Shown here one piece after another: positions 48,531 to 58,820 of a stretch of DNA of 64,000 nucleotides. Source of the DNA: an uncultured bacterium (GTDB lineage: Bacteria; AUK180); NCBI GenBank assembly GCA_937863565.1, contig CALMGJ010000012.1, positions 124,001-188,000 of the forward strand, in the 5' to 3' direction. The notes under the pieces are model-generated. The model was not told where the DNA came from, made no database searches, and worked only from the letters and a program-made list of their open reading frames with translations. A program made the position numbers and the translations under genes. The number at the start of each line of letters is the position of its first letter. Within the stretch, counting starts at the first letter, position 1.

Positions 48531-49432
48531 AAAGAATAATTGTCATTTCGCTGATCGTTGGATTTCTGACCGGCTTTCTGTTCTTCGTATTCGGCGCGAA
48601 AGGTATTTTCGTAGAGAACATGAAGCTCGCTTATCTGCAGAAGCTTTCGATATCGTATGCCAATCTCGGAACGAAGGCGCTTTATTACGGCCAAAAGGAG
48701 TATGGCATCTTCACTTACGCCGATATCATAGCGGCGTCCGGGCTCAGAGAGAAGATCTCGGAGAGATTCCCGGAACTTAAAATCCGCGGTTTGTGCATCG
48801 ATGCCAACGAGGACAGGAAGATGCTCTATATCGAGATAATGACCGGGTGCCGGAAGATCGAAGCACCTGAGATCCTTCAGGATTTCGTGAACGGTCACCT
48901 GGCCGGCCTTTTTACTTCCCTGACCGCTTCTGATATGGAATATATTAAAGCCGAAAAGGAAGCCCTCGCCGCAAGGATAAAGAAGACCCAGGAAGATATC
49001 GATAAGGCTTTTAAACTCGATATTCCCGCCAGATACGGTGAAATGTACCGTAACTACAAACTGCCTTACGGCAATGCACCGACTCCGGGAGACATACAAT
49101 TCCCTGACAGGCCGGGATACTCGGTATCATCATTGCTTCTCGATGCACTTCCGCGTCCGGAAAAGGATTTCAGGGCTCAATTCGATGACGTCATGACCTC
49201 GTATATTTACGATCTTCACCTTTACAATATCATGATCGCACAGTCTCTATACCTTGAAAGCCTGGAGAATGATATAGGCCTTCTGAACGCTTCCAAACTT
49301 CCTCCTGTCGCTTTTATCGGGGCAGAGGAATACAGGTCATCCGGAAAAACGCTTCTTCTGAGATCCCTGATCGCAGCCGCCGCTGCAATGATTTTGTTGT
49401 TCACAGTTCTGTATGTCATTAAAAAGGATTGA
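48527..49432 (+). CDS. Putative Wzz-like chain-length determinant
   Basis: N- and C-terminal TM helices around a coiled-coil region; position in the polysaccharide operon. Confidence 0.5.
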   Translation: MKRIIVISLIVGFLTGFLFFVFGAKGIFVENMKLAYLQKLSISYANLGTKALYYGQKEYGIFTYADIIAASGLREKISERFPELKIRGLCIDANEDRKMLYIEIMTGCRKIEAPEILQDFVNGHLAGLFTSLTASDMEYIKAEKEALAARIKKTQEDIDKAFKLDIPARYGEMYRNYKLPYGNAPTPGDIQFPDRPGYSVSSLLLDALPRPEKDFRAQFDDVMTSYIYDLHLYNIMIAQSLYLESLENDIGLLNASKLPPVAFIGAEEYRSSGKTLLLRSLIAAAAAMILLFTVLYVIKKD

Positions 49433-50705
49433 GGCCGCCCTCATTATCCTTAACCTTGCAGTATTTTTCATAGACATAAGACTCGCTGTCCTGCTGGGGG
49501 TCATACTTACCCTTCTCTATATAAAAACATCTCCCGGAAAAGCGCTGATCCCGATCACGGTAATGACCTTCATGGAGCTCGGGACCGGCATCTCTCCAGG
49601 AGGCATCCCCTTAACGGTGGCCAAGATAGGGCTTGGATTGCTTCTTCTGCTTTATATCAGAGAAAACCTCCCGCTGAGGAACACCGCCTTCTTGCTGCCC
49701 ATACTGACTTTCGGAGCGCTTTTCCTCTTTCATCTGGCTTTTACACACGACCGGGAAACGGCGCGGTGGACATTGACGATCTGGGGAAATGTACTTTACT
49801 TTTTCGTAACCTTCAATCTATGCGCGGGAAAGAAAGAGAATTTCTCTTTCCTGGTAAAAGGCATTTTCATGGCGCTCATCTTTAATTCCCTGATGGCTTT
49901 ATACCAGGGAATATCGGGCGGACATACCATACACGGTTTTGGCCTGAATAACGATCTTCACCGCTTTGAGAGATTTCTGAATTTTATACGTCCTTCGGGC
50001 TTCTTCCAGAATACGAACCTTCTCACCGTGTTTCTTTTGCCTGCTTCGCTTTTTATTTTTCCTCTCACGGAAAAGAAATTCCGCCCGCTCTTTATTTTCC
50101 CGGCCGCGGCATTTCTTATCACTTTCTCGAGAAGCGCCTGGATAGCGCTGATCTTCTCTGTGATAGTGATCGCCATATCTATGAGGAAAAAAGGTATCGC
50201 TCTGATCGCTTTGCTCGCGGCGGTATTCCTGTTCTCGCCTTTTTCAAAAAGGTTTTTCGAAAGCGACCCACAGCGCTCGGTGGAATATTCCGATCTCGGG
50301 AGGAAGTACGCTTACAGCGCAGCACTTTCCGAGATCAAAAGCGATCCCGTGATCGGAACAGGTCCGGGGCGTTTGAAAATGGTCTTTTCCAAATATGCCC
50401 CTTACCATCTTCCCATGAAAGAGCTCTTTACCCACAGTACATATCTTTCTGTTCAGGGTGAAACGGGCATATTAGGTTTTGCAGCTCTTCTTTCAATGAT
50501 GCTGCTTTCGCTGCATTCATTGTGGCGGAAGTTCGCGGGCCGTGAATATCACGTGGCAGGATTGTTCTCGATTTTTATATTCATGCTGTTTTTCGATCTT
50601 CAATGGGAACCGCAGTTCTGGCTTATCATCCTGCTCAGCGCACTTGCCGGACCCGATGGGAAGGAAAATGACATTCTCTATAGTGATCCCGTTCTACAGC
50701 AATAA
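49413..50705 (+). CDS. O-antigen ligase/polymerase family protein
   Basis: RPSGFFQNTN, TFSRSAW, PVIGTGPG, HSTYLSVQGETGILG; many TM segments. Confidence 0.85.
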   Translation: MSLKRIEAALIILNLAVFFIDIRLAVLLGVILTLLYIKTSPGKALIPITVMTFMELGTGISPGGIPLTVAKIGLGLLLLLYIRENLPLRNTAFLLPILTFGALFLFHLAFTHDRETARWTLTIWGNVLYFFVTFNLCAGKKENFSFLVKGIFMALIFNSLMALYQGISGGHTIHGFGLNNDLHRFERFLNFIRPSGFFQNTNLLTVFLLPASLFIFPLTEKKFRPLFIFPAAAFLITFSRSAWIALIFSVIVIAISMRKKGIALIALLAAVFLFSPFSKRFFESDPQRSVEYSDLGRKYAYSAALSEIKSDPVIGTGPGRLKMVFSKYAPYHLPMKELFTHSTYLSVQGETGILGFAALLSMMLLSLHSLWRKFAGREYHVAGLFSIFIFMLFFDLQWEPQFWLIILLSALAGPDGKENDILYSDPVLQQ

Positions 50706-51546
50706 AAGCGTTCTTTCGAACCTGCTGGATTCGATAGAGAGGACAGGCTGTTCCGGTACGGAAGTGATCGTAGTATGCGACGGGAACGAGGAACCGGATT
50801 ATCACGGTTCTGCCATCGATCTTTGCATTATTAAAAATGAAAAGAATCTCGGATACGGGCTCTCGGCAAACAAGGGCGCAGCTTCCGCACGAAATGAATG
50901 GATCTGCATTTCAAATTCCGACATCGTCCTTCCGGCAGATTTCTTTCCCGCTTTGCGAAGAGAGATCTCGCGGAATCCCTATGCGGATGTTCTTCAGCCG
51001 GCTCTTTATGACGCAGGATCCGTTTTCGATCCATTCTCGAAAAGACGCCTTCCACGCAAATACGATTTTCTGCTGATGCCTTTTTATTATTATATGAGCC
51101 ATTACGGAGGATTGTTCTACGGAACAAAGTACAGTGAGCCGATCGAATGCGGAAAAGGTGCTTTTATAGTGATCAAGCGCTCGGTCTTTCTTGAAGCCGG
51201 GGGTTTCTCTTCCGACTACAGGATGTTCTGGGAAGATGTGGACCTTTTTGCGAAATTGCGTGCACACGGGCACAGGGCCGTATTCCTGAAGCGTCCCTCC
51301 GTAACGCATTTAGGGGGCGCAACAGTGAACGCTATGAGGATACGTTCCAATATGGATGAACTGGCAAGCCGTGCGAAATACTTCGAGAAGTGGCACCGGG
51401 TGCCGCGCCGTGCCGTATACCTGGCGGAGATCGCCGGCAGTATCCTGAAATTCATTTTCTCGCTTCTTCTTTTCAAGCGCTCATCATTTATTTTCTATCC
51501 GGTCTTCATATCGAAGGCTTTAAAAGCGACATTCGGACGACCATGA
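50668..51546 (+). CDS. Glycosyltransferase family 2
   Basis: SIVIPFY, NLGYGLSANKG, SNSD, FWEDVDL; start at ATG 50668. Confidence 0.85.
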   Translation: MTFSIVIPFYSNKSVLSNLLDSIERTGCSGTEVIVVCDGNEEPDYHGSAIDLCIIKNEKNLGYGLSANKGAASARNEWICISNSDIVLPADFFPALRREISRNPYADVLQPALYDAGSVFDPFSKRRLPRKYDFLLMPFYYYMSHYGGLFYGTKYSEPIECGKGAFIVIKRSVFLEAGGFSSDYRMFWEDVDLFAKLRAHGHRAVFLKRPSVTHLGGATVNAMRIRSNMDELASRAKYFEKWHRVPRRAVYLAEIAGSILKFIFSLLLFKRSSFIFYPVFISKALKATFGRP

Positions 51547-52634
51547 TAATCTACATTCTGGGAAAGTTCCCTCACTACTCGCAAACCTTCGTAACAGATG
51601 AAGTAAAAGGATTTTCGGAAAAACGTGAAACGGAGGTATTCTCCCTTCTTCCGGCGGACCCTACAGGCATCATCCGGTCGTCGCCGCGTTTTCCGGTTCA
51701 TTTTAAGATCTTTACGGGATATCTCATCAAGATCCTTTCGCGATCGGTAAATTACACGGAGCTTGCAGGCTATGCCTATGCACTGAAGTGGGCTTTCGCC
51801 GCGGCCTCCAGGATACCTTCCGGCGCTGTATTAAGGATACATCTTCCGAAATATTCGGGGTTGGCCGCGCTTGTCATATCCAAGATAAAAAAGATCCCCT
51901 ATGTTCCCGTGTTCCATTCCTACGATCTTTTCGGCCATAATCCATTTCTGCTCGAGATCTGCCGTAATGCTGAATATGTGGAAACCATCTCCGAATACAA
52001 CCGGCAAAGGATAAAAAGCATTACCGGGATCGATGCGGTCGTTCTCCGGTGCGGAGTGGACACAGGCAGGATCCGCTTCACCTCCGAAAAAAAAAGATAC
52101 GGCGTTTTCGCAGGCAGACTTCACCGTACAAAAGGCCTCGACCGGCTGGTCCGCATCTTCGCCGGTTCCGGCATTGAGATCAAAGTTGTCGGCGGGGGCG
52201 ATGTACGCGCATACCGGAAGATCATGAAAAGAGGAAATATTAAAGCAGAGTTCACAGGGCCGCTGCCTCATGATGAAGTCATTAAGATCATTCAGGATGC
52301 GGCTTTTCTGATATTGCCGTCCCGGATATCCCGTAACGGGGACCGCGATGGGATCCCCGTCGTCCTTATGGAGGCGATGGCTGCCGGGACCCCTGTGGTC
52401 ACTACTGCGGTCTCCGGAATACCGGAACTCGTAAAGAACGGGAGAACGGGATATATTTTCGAACGCGACGAAGAAGCGAGACAAATATGCCTCCGGCTCA
52501 TTGAAGAATATCCTTCCGGCACTGCGGAAACGGCAAGAGCTTTTGTAGAAGAACACTATAATATCACGAAGAACATAGAGGAGAAATACAGGATCCTGAA
52601 TGAGATTATTATTCGCGATCGACTCACTGACTAA
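51543..52634 (+). CDS. Glycosyltransferase family 4 (WcaL-like)
   Basis: FPHYSQTFV, GRLHRTKG, RDGIPVVLMEAMAAG; start at ATG 51543. Confidence 0.9.
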   Translation: MIIYILGKFPHYSQTFVTDEVKGFSEKRETEVFSLLPADPTGIIRSSPRFPVHFKIFTGYLIKILSRSVNYTELAGYAYALKWAFAAASRIPSGAVLRIHLPKYSGLAALVISKIKKIPYVPVFHSYDLFGHNPFLLEICRNAEYVETISEYNRQRIKSITGIDAVVLRCGVDTGRIRFTSEKKRYGVFAGRLHRTKGLDRLVRIFAGSGIEIKVVGGGDVRAYRKIMKRGNIKAEFTGPLPHDEVIKIIQDAAFLILPSRISRNGDRDGIPVVLMEAMAAGTPVVTTAVSGIPELVKNGRTGYIFERDEEARQICLRLIEEYPSGTAETARAFVEEHYNITKNIEEKYRILNEIIIRDRLTD

Positions 52635-53610
52635 GGGCGGCGCCGAAAGGGTCGTCGTAAATCTTGCCTGTTATTTCCGGGGTCTCGGCCACGAAGTCCA
52701 TATCGCCGTTCTTTTTCCGGATCTGGAACTGCGCAATGAACTTCCCGGAGACATTCCCGTTCACATTATAAGGAAGCGAGGCCGATTCGATTGGCGTGTC
52801 CTTTTCAAGATGAGGGATCTGATAAGGAAGATAAAACCCGATCTGATAAATACGCATCTTTTCACGGCATCCTTGTGGACGAAGATCGCCTGTATAGGGA
52901 ACCGCATACCCATTTATGTCACTTATCATAATGTGCTCTGGGAAGAAGAATGGTATACGCCCTTCCATAAAATGGCCAATCTGCTACTCAAAAGACGCGT
53001 AAAAACGCATATTTTCGTCGGCGACGATGTGGCCCTCTTTTTCCTGAGGATCGAAGATTTGAGAGGAAAGGTCGTCTACAACGGTATCGATGTCGAAAAA
53101 TACAGATATAATCCGAGAAGAGAAATGAGCAGGCTTTTTTTTGTGGGCCGGCTCATTGAGCGGAAGGGCGTACGAGACCTTTTCAAGATCATGGACCGGT
53201 TGGGGAGGGAGCATACGTTAAGGATCTGCGGTCATGGGCCTTTGGCAACCCTTGTAAGGAGCAAACTCCGACCGGGCATCGAGTTTTACCCTTCATGCGA
53301 TCCCTCGGCTTTCTTTTCAGAAGAGGGGATACTGCTGCTGCCTTCTTACTGGGAGGGATTCGCTCTTGTTGTGCTGGAAGCCTTCGCTTCAGGGATGCCC
53401 ATCATAGCATACCGTGCAAAAGGCCTGGTTAATCACCCGCTCAGGGCGTATATCGATTTCGTGCCGCGAGGCGATATCGGGGCGTTCACGGAAAAGATCA
53501 GGTCTATGGCCTATGACAGGGAAAAAGCGGAAATGGCACGACATATAGTGGAAGAAGAATTCTCTATCGTTTCAATGGGAAAAAGATATAAGGAGATATT
53601 CGGTATATGA
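52600..53610 (+). CDS. Glycosyltransferase family 4
   Basis: GGAERV, YNGID, GRLIERKG, PSYWEGFALVVLEAFASG. Confidence 0.9.
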   Translation: MRLLFAIDSLTKGGAERVVVNLACYFRGLGHEVHIAVLFPDLELRNELPGDIPVHIIRKRGRFDWRVLFKMRDLIRKIKPDLINTHLFTASLWTKIACIGNRIPIYVTYHNVLWEEEWYTPFHKMANLLLKRRVKTHIFVGDDVALFFLRIEDLRGKVVYNGIDVEKYRYNPRREMSRLFFVGRLIERKGVRDLFKIMDRLGREHTLRICGHGPLATLVRSKLRPGIEFYPSCDPSAFFSEEGILLLPSYWEGFALVVLEAFASGMPIIAYRAKGLVNHPLRAYIDFVPRGDIGAFTEKIRSMAYDREKAEMARHIVEEEFSIVSMGKRYKEIFGI

Positions 53611-54704
53611 TCATAGTAGGATCGTTATTTGTTTTAAGCGGAATTCTGCTTTTGTATCAGTTGCTTCTTCCGGTGATCTATGCGGTTTTAGGATCATTGA
53701 AAAAACAAGATCCGGAAAAAGATTACACCCCGGCTTCCGCAAGCGTGATCGTAGTCACGCGCAACAGCGCGGACAGGATATCGGAAAGGGTGAAGAATAT
53801 TCTTGAACGGAAATATCCGGGAATAGAATTGGAGGTCATCGTACTTGCGGATAAAAGTGACGATGAGACGGCCCGAGTGGTTAGCGCCCTCCCGGGCATA
53901 GTGGCTTATTGTTCGGAAACGCGGAAAGGAAAAGCACCGCTCATCAATATCGGAGCGGAACTGGCCAAAGGAGATATTCTTGTCTTCACTGATGATAATT
54001 CCGCTTTTGAACCGGGAGCGATTGCCGAACTGCTGAAACCGTTCTACTATGCCGGCACCGGAGGCGCATGCGGCCGGCTGATATTGAAAGGCGGCAATCC
54101 GGCAGAAAAGATATTTCAGAACATGGAGAACTTCTTCAAATCCGTCGAAGGCAAATATGGCGCAGTAGCCGGCGCATACGGATCGATATTCGCGATAAGG
54201 AAAAGCAAGTTTGTAAGACTTCCCGAGGACAGGATGATCATGGATGATTTTTACACTACGCTCAATGTGATCTCGGCAGGGGACAAGTTCGTATTCTGTA
54301 AAAAAGCCGCATGTACGGAAGCATATAACAGAACAGGAAAGGCCGATCTTCAGAGAAAGAAGAGGATCGGGACGGGGAATTCGAATGCGCTTCCGCTGAT
54401 AGAGGCCACGATATCGACCTCGCGCAATCTTTTATTCCCGTTCTTCATCTTTTCGCATAAACTGCTGCGCTGGTTCACCGCCCCTATTATGTTCTTGTTC
54501 TTCATCACGAATATGATGCTCCCGCTTGAGAACAGCGCTGCGCTCTTTCTACTCTTTGCGGTTCAACTAATCATCTATATTTCTTCGGCGGTTGTTGCGG
54601 CTGCCGGCATGAAGATCCCAAATCCTCCGGCGGCATGGTTATGTCTTTTCATGGGGTTCATTGAGGGAAAGGATATTAGAAGCCGGCCATATTGGGATAA
54701 CTGA
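53607..54704 (+). CDS. Membrane glycosyltransferase family 2
   Basis: DKSDDET, GKAPLIN, VFTDDN, GSIFAIR, MDDF, SHKLLRW. Confidence 0.85.
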   Translation: MIIVGSLFVLSGILLLYQLLLPVIYAVLGSLKKQDPEKDYTPASASVIVVTRNSADRISERVKNILERKYPGIELEVIVLADKSDDETARVVSALPGIVAYCSETRKGKAPLINIGAELAKGDILVFTDDNSAFEPGAIAELLKPFYYAGTGGACGRLILKGGNPAEKIFQNMENFFKSVEGKYGAVAGAYGSIFAIRKSKFVRLPEDRMIMDDFYTTLNVISAGDKFVFCKKAACTEAYNRTGKADLQRKKRIGTGNSNALPLIEATISTSRNLLFPFFIFSHKLLRWFTAPIMFLFFITNMMLPLENSAALFLLFAVQLIIYISSAVVAAAGMKIPNPPAAWLCLFMGFIEGKDIRSRPYWDN

Positions 54705-54766
54705 CCGGCGAAAGCGTTCTTCGGAAAACAGCACTGCCGAAAGTGTTCTTCAAAAAATAGCACCGC

Positions 54767-54810
54767 AAAAAAAAAGGGATATAGGACGCTTGCGCAATTC
54801 CTATATCCCT
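54767..54810 (-). terminator. Intrinsic terminator of the histone-like gene
   Basis: 12-bp stem AGGGATATAGGA / TCCTATATCCCT followed on the minus strand by a T run. Confidence 0.85.
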
Positions 54811-54835
54811 TCGTTCTTACCCGGTACCTAAAGGA

Positions 54836-55009
54836 TTACTTTTTGGTAGCTTTTTTAACGGGCTTCTTTGCTACGGTCTTTTTTGCCGCAGGCTTCTTTG
54901 CTACTGTCTTCTTTGCTACTGTTTTCTTCGCAGCAGCTTTCTTCGGTGCCGCTTTCTTTACGGCAGGCTTTTTGGCAGCAGGTTTTTTCGTCGCTTTCTT
55001 AACAGCCAT
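54836..55009 (-). CDS. 57-aa Lys/Ala-rich histone H1-like protein
   Basis: Not in ORF track. MAVKKATKKPAAKKPAVKKAAPKKAAAKKTVAKKTVAKKPAAKKTVAKKPVKKATKK; GGAGG RBS 6 nt upstream; own terminator. Confidence 0.85.
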   Translation of the reverse strand: MAVKKATKKPAAKKPAVKKAAPKKAAAKKTVAKKTVAKKPAAKKTVAKKPVKKATKK

Positions 55010-55308
55010 GTGAAACCTCCTAATGTTTCATTCTGATTATGTATAACAAAAAAAATGGAAATTGCAAATTAATTCATTTAAAAAAAATGCATATGGAAGC
55101 ATATTAGAATTATGAAGATCTCCACGGAATTTATAAGTAACGATATATACGCCGCATAAGAAAAGATAAAAATACATATAAAGATATAGTAATACGTAAA
55201 AAAATAAATAAAAACATGACGGTGAAGAAAAATAGTGTCCTTTCGCGAACCCATGCGAACAAAAAAAATGATTTTCAAAAAAAAATGAAATATGATAAAA
55301 TATAATCG

Positions 55309-57123
55309 ATGAATGAAAAAGAGACGCTGAGGAACATCATCTTCACGCTGATTGAGAAGAATATATTCACATCGATCGACCAGGGACTTCCATTCTATAT
55401 TTTCATAATTGATGAAGAGGGGAACGAGTTCATTCCTATCCAGTACAAGGAATGTCAGGAAGAGGATCCGGCAACAACTTACGACAAATGCAAGAAGTTC
55501 TGGGCCGATCAGGTTGAACTCGGGAAGATGATGAACGATGTGATATGCTCGAAGTGCTCATGCGGATTCAATACGCTTCAGATCCCGATAAGGATAAACG
55601 AAAAATTCGTTGGTATAATAGGCGGATGCATTCCGAAGAAAGTGATACATGAAAGGGCCGTGGAGAAGACCATCGCCCTTTTCAAGGGAGTGTCGAACAT
55701 AATAGAATTGCTGGGCAACAAGGATTACTACAGCACTCAGATGATAACCCACCTGTCCTCTTTCATTACGGACATTAACAGGGGATATAATATCAACGAT
55801 CCGAACAGTATATTCATTTCCCCGGTAAGGACCGTTCAGAACATACTCGGCGAATTCTCCCATGCGATCGAACACGCAGCATGCTATATCTTTCTGGCAA
55901 CTGACGAGCAGAATAAATTCCTCCTTATCTCGAGGGATAAGGCAGATACTCTCTTCACGGACGGAGTGGACTATTTTGTAGAGAACATGAAACCCGGAGA
56001 TAAACTTATGGCAGATAATCCGTTGTTCAATATAATCAATCTTGACGGCCGCGTTTATCCCATAAAGAACAGCAGTGAGACGAAGAATATAGGATACCTG
56101 TTCCTAGAAGAGAGCATACATTTATCCAGGATAGAGATAATCGAAGAATATGTCGAGATCATATTGCTCCTGTTCTCTTCCGCGTACGGGAATTCAATGA
56201 TGTTCACGAACATCGCCAGAGCGGGGAAGAGCATATACGACCTTCTTGTTGTGAATTTCTATAAACTGCAGCAGATGCTGTTTCAACATGACAATACCAT
56301 GAGCGGAACTGCGGACCACGGTATCGGAAATATAAACAAATACGGGGATGTTTTCATAAAAGAGAATGCCGATACCAGGGATGATGTCTTCCGTAATTTT
56401 AATTTCCCGGGGAAGATCAGATACCTGAGGCGGCATGAACTTCTTGAAAACAAGTATGAGAAAGTGGGCGAAACGATCTATGTCAAACGCGCTTCCCCTA
56501 TGTCGGAAGATGAAAAAATCGAATTGAAAACGGCCGTTGTAAGGCATCAGATGTACAAAAGACTGATAACGATCTATTACTCTTTCGTCTTCACTCTTGT
56601 TAAGGGCAATGAGATAAAGGATCCATTTAAAGCAGGCAAAGTGCATGAGATCATTGAGATGGCCGAGGCGGTAGCGCATTCGATGAAAATAAAAAGAGAG
56701 GACATCGAAAAGATCCGTTTCGCGGCATATCTGATGGATGTAGGTATGATAGGAATATCCGATTCCATATTGGACAGCGAGAAAAAACTTACTCCGGAGG
56801 AATATGAAAAGATACGCCGTCACCCCCAGATCTCCCATTCGCTTCTGGGGAACTTCCCGTTCTTCAATGAGATCGTTGATATACTCGAAGGCCATCATGA
56901 GAAATGGGACGGGAGCGGATACCCGGCCGGTCTGAAAGGGACCGGTATCCCTGTCGGCGCAAGGATACTGAATGCCGTGGAAACCTACATCTCTCTCAAG
57001 CACAACAGAAAATTCCGCGAAGCGCTGAGCGATGAAGAGATATATACAATAATGGAAAAGGAGAAGGAGAAGAGCTTCGATCCGGATATCACGGACATTA
57101 TCCTGGGGATGATAAAAAAATGA
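55309..57123 (+). CDS. PocR-like sensor plus degenerate HD-GYP domain protein
   Basis: CSCGFNTLQIPIRINEKFVGII (PocR-like); YLMDVGM in place of HD-x-G-K; HHEKWDGSGYP retained. Confidence 0.8.
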   Translation: MNEKETLRNIIFTLIEKNIFTSIDQGLPFYIFIIDEEGNEFIPIQYKECQEEDPATTYDKCKKFWADQVELGKMMNDVICSKCSCGFNTLQIPIRINEKFVGIIGGCIPKKVIHERAVEKTIALFKGVSNIIELLGNKDYYSTQMITHLSSFITDINRGYNINDPNSIFISPVRTVQNILGEFSHAIEHAACYIFLATDEQNKFLLISRDKADTLFTDGVDYFVENMKPGDKLMADNPLFNIINLDGRVYPIKNSSETKNIGYLFLEESIHLSRIEIIEEYVEIILLLFSSAYGNSMMFTNIARAGKSIYDLLVVNFYKLQQMLFQHDNTMSGTADHGIGNINKYGDVFIKENADTRDDVFRNFNFPGKIRYLRRHELLENKYEKVGETIYVKRASPMSEDEKIELKTAVVRHQMYKRLITIYYSFVFTLVKGNEIKDPFKAGKVHEIIEMAEAVAHSMKIKREDIEKIRFAAYLMDVGMIGISDSILDSEKKLTPEEYEKIRRHPQISHSLLGNFPFFNEIVDILEGHHEKWDGSGYPAGLKGTGIPVGARILNAVETYISLKHNRKFREALSDEEIYTIMEKEKEKSFDPDITDIILGMIKK

Positions 57124-58820
57124 ATATAGGCATCGTGCTCTCTTTTATATTCAGCATGCTGGTCTTTCTCGCGGCAGGGAACAGCAGACATATTCCCAAC
57201 AGGGTAAGCATTCCCCTTACCTTCCTTCTTCTTTTCATCGGCACAAAGATCTTCGGCAGGGAGATACCTTACTGGATGATAATAATTGCCTGGGGTATCC
57301 TGAACTATGCAATATCCTCCATAAAGATGCAGAAACTCCTACGGCTCTTCCTGTATGCTCTTTCTTTCACCGCTATCTTCTTCATTTCGGGACTGAAGCT
57401 TGTGATCGCGCCCGGCGGCCCTACAATATGGAGCTTTACTCTCACAGTTGTCTTTTTCTTGTTCAATATGTACCTTTTCTCTTTTCTCTCGGAGCTTTCA
57501 GGTTTTTCCAACGGCATCTTCTTCATAATTTCCCTTTCCCTTTTTGTGGGGCTCAAGTTCATCATCGGGATCGAAACAGAAGAACTGATGCTTGTGGCGT
57601 TCATGCTCGGAGTTTCACTGGGCATTTTCATCTTCGAAATGGCCAATCCCGATTACCGTTTGAACCGCGCCGATGGCAAGTTCATGGGTTTCATGGTATC
57701 GCTCATCTCCATTTCGGCTAACGCTAAGACGATCTTCTTCGAAACGGTCGTGATCCCTCTTTCGGCACTTCTTATCATTGTAGCCGTATACTTCGGAGTG
57801 ATGTTCTCCAATTTCAGGAGAAAGATGAACAGGCATGAAGGCGGTTATATAGTAAAATATTCACGATTCGATATCTTCCTCTTCGTATACTTCTTGCTTA
57901 TCACCGTATCCCTTATCGGCATATTCCTCAAAGAGATAGGGATACCCAGATATGTCGCTCTCATTATCTCGCTTATCTTCATCGTCATGAATTACATTCT
58001 CTTCAGAAAATTCCTGCACGCGAAAAAAGTGGCCGTGAAAGAGAACGAACCTGTAGTGAAGATCCTGGGAATATCAATAGATAATCTTTCAATGGACCAG
58101 ACCGTCGATCTTATAAAGAATGCTGTTCAAAACAGCGAGAAGATGTTCGTTGCCACCGTGAACCCCGTGATGATCATTAATGCTCTGGAGAATCGGCGCT
58201 TCGCCGCGGCACTCGATTCCGCCTTGATAAAGATCCCCGACGGGATCGGCGTTGTTTTTGCCGCAGATTTTCTCGGTATACCCCTCAAGGAACGCGTTCC
58301 CGGCATCGAGGTCATCGAAAGGATCCTGAACGATCCTCCGAAGAAGAACATGAAAGTGCTGATGTTCGGTTCAGCTAGGGGCACGGCAAAAAAGTTCCGT
58401 GACCAGATGCGGGAGAAATTCCGTCAGAGCTGCACGGATTGCGAAGTTCGGGATAGCGGAGGGATCGATTTCACCGTTAAAGACGGATACCTGACCTATC
58501 AGGAAAGAGAGGCCCTTCGGCGGGAATTGCGTTCCGGGGAAACGGGATACGACCTTATACTGGTAGCCTTAGGATCGCCTTCACAGGAACTTTGGATAGC
58601 AAATGAACTGGAAGTGGTGGAGAAAGGCGTGTTCATAGGAGTGGGTGGAAGTTTTGACGTTCTGTCCGGGAATAAAAAACGTGCATCCGAATCGATGCGC
58701 AAACAAGGATTTGAATGGGTGATAAGGATAATGCAGGAACCGTTCAAGAGAATCCCTCAGATAGGACAGATAACAAATTTCATATTGAAAGTCGTAATAG
58801 AAAGGATAGGGGATTTCTGA
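57120..58820 (+). CDS. Fusion of a degenerate WecA/TagO-like membrane domain and a WecB/TagA/CpsF glycosyltransferase
   Basis: Multi-TM N-terminus; C-terminal ATVNP, PDGIG, RVPGIE, ALGSPSQE, GVGGSFDVLSG, FEWVIR. Confidence 0.8.
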   Translation: MNIGIVLSFIFSMLVFLAAGNSRHIPNRVSIPLTFLLLFIGTKIFGREIPYWMIIIAWGILNYAISSIKMQKLLRLFLYALSFTAIFFISGLKLVIAPGGPTIWSFTLTVVFFLFNMYLFSFLSELSGFSNGIFFIISLSLFVGLKFIIGIETEELMLVAFMLGVSLGIFIFEMANPDYRLNRADGKFMGFMVSLISISANAKTIFFETVVIPLSALLIIVAVYFGVMFSNFRRKMNRHEGGYIVKYSRFDIFLFVYFLLITVSLIGIFLKEIGIPRYVALIISLIFIVMNYILFRKFLHAKKVAVKENEPVVKILGISIDNLSMDQTVDLIKNAVQNSEKMFVATVNPVMIINALENRRFAAALDSALIKIPDGIGVVFAADFLGIPLKERVPGIEVIERILNDPPKKNMKVLMFGSARGTAKKFRDQMREKFRQSCTDCEVRDSGGIDFTVKDGYLTYQEREALRRELRSGETGYDLILVALGSPSQELWIANELEVVEKGVFIGVGGSFDVLSGNKKRASESMRKQGFEWVIRIMQEPFKRIPQIGQITNFILKVVIERIGDF

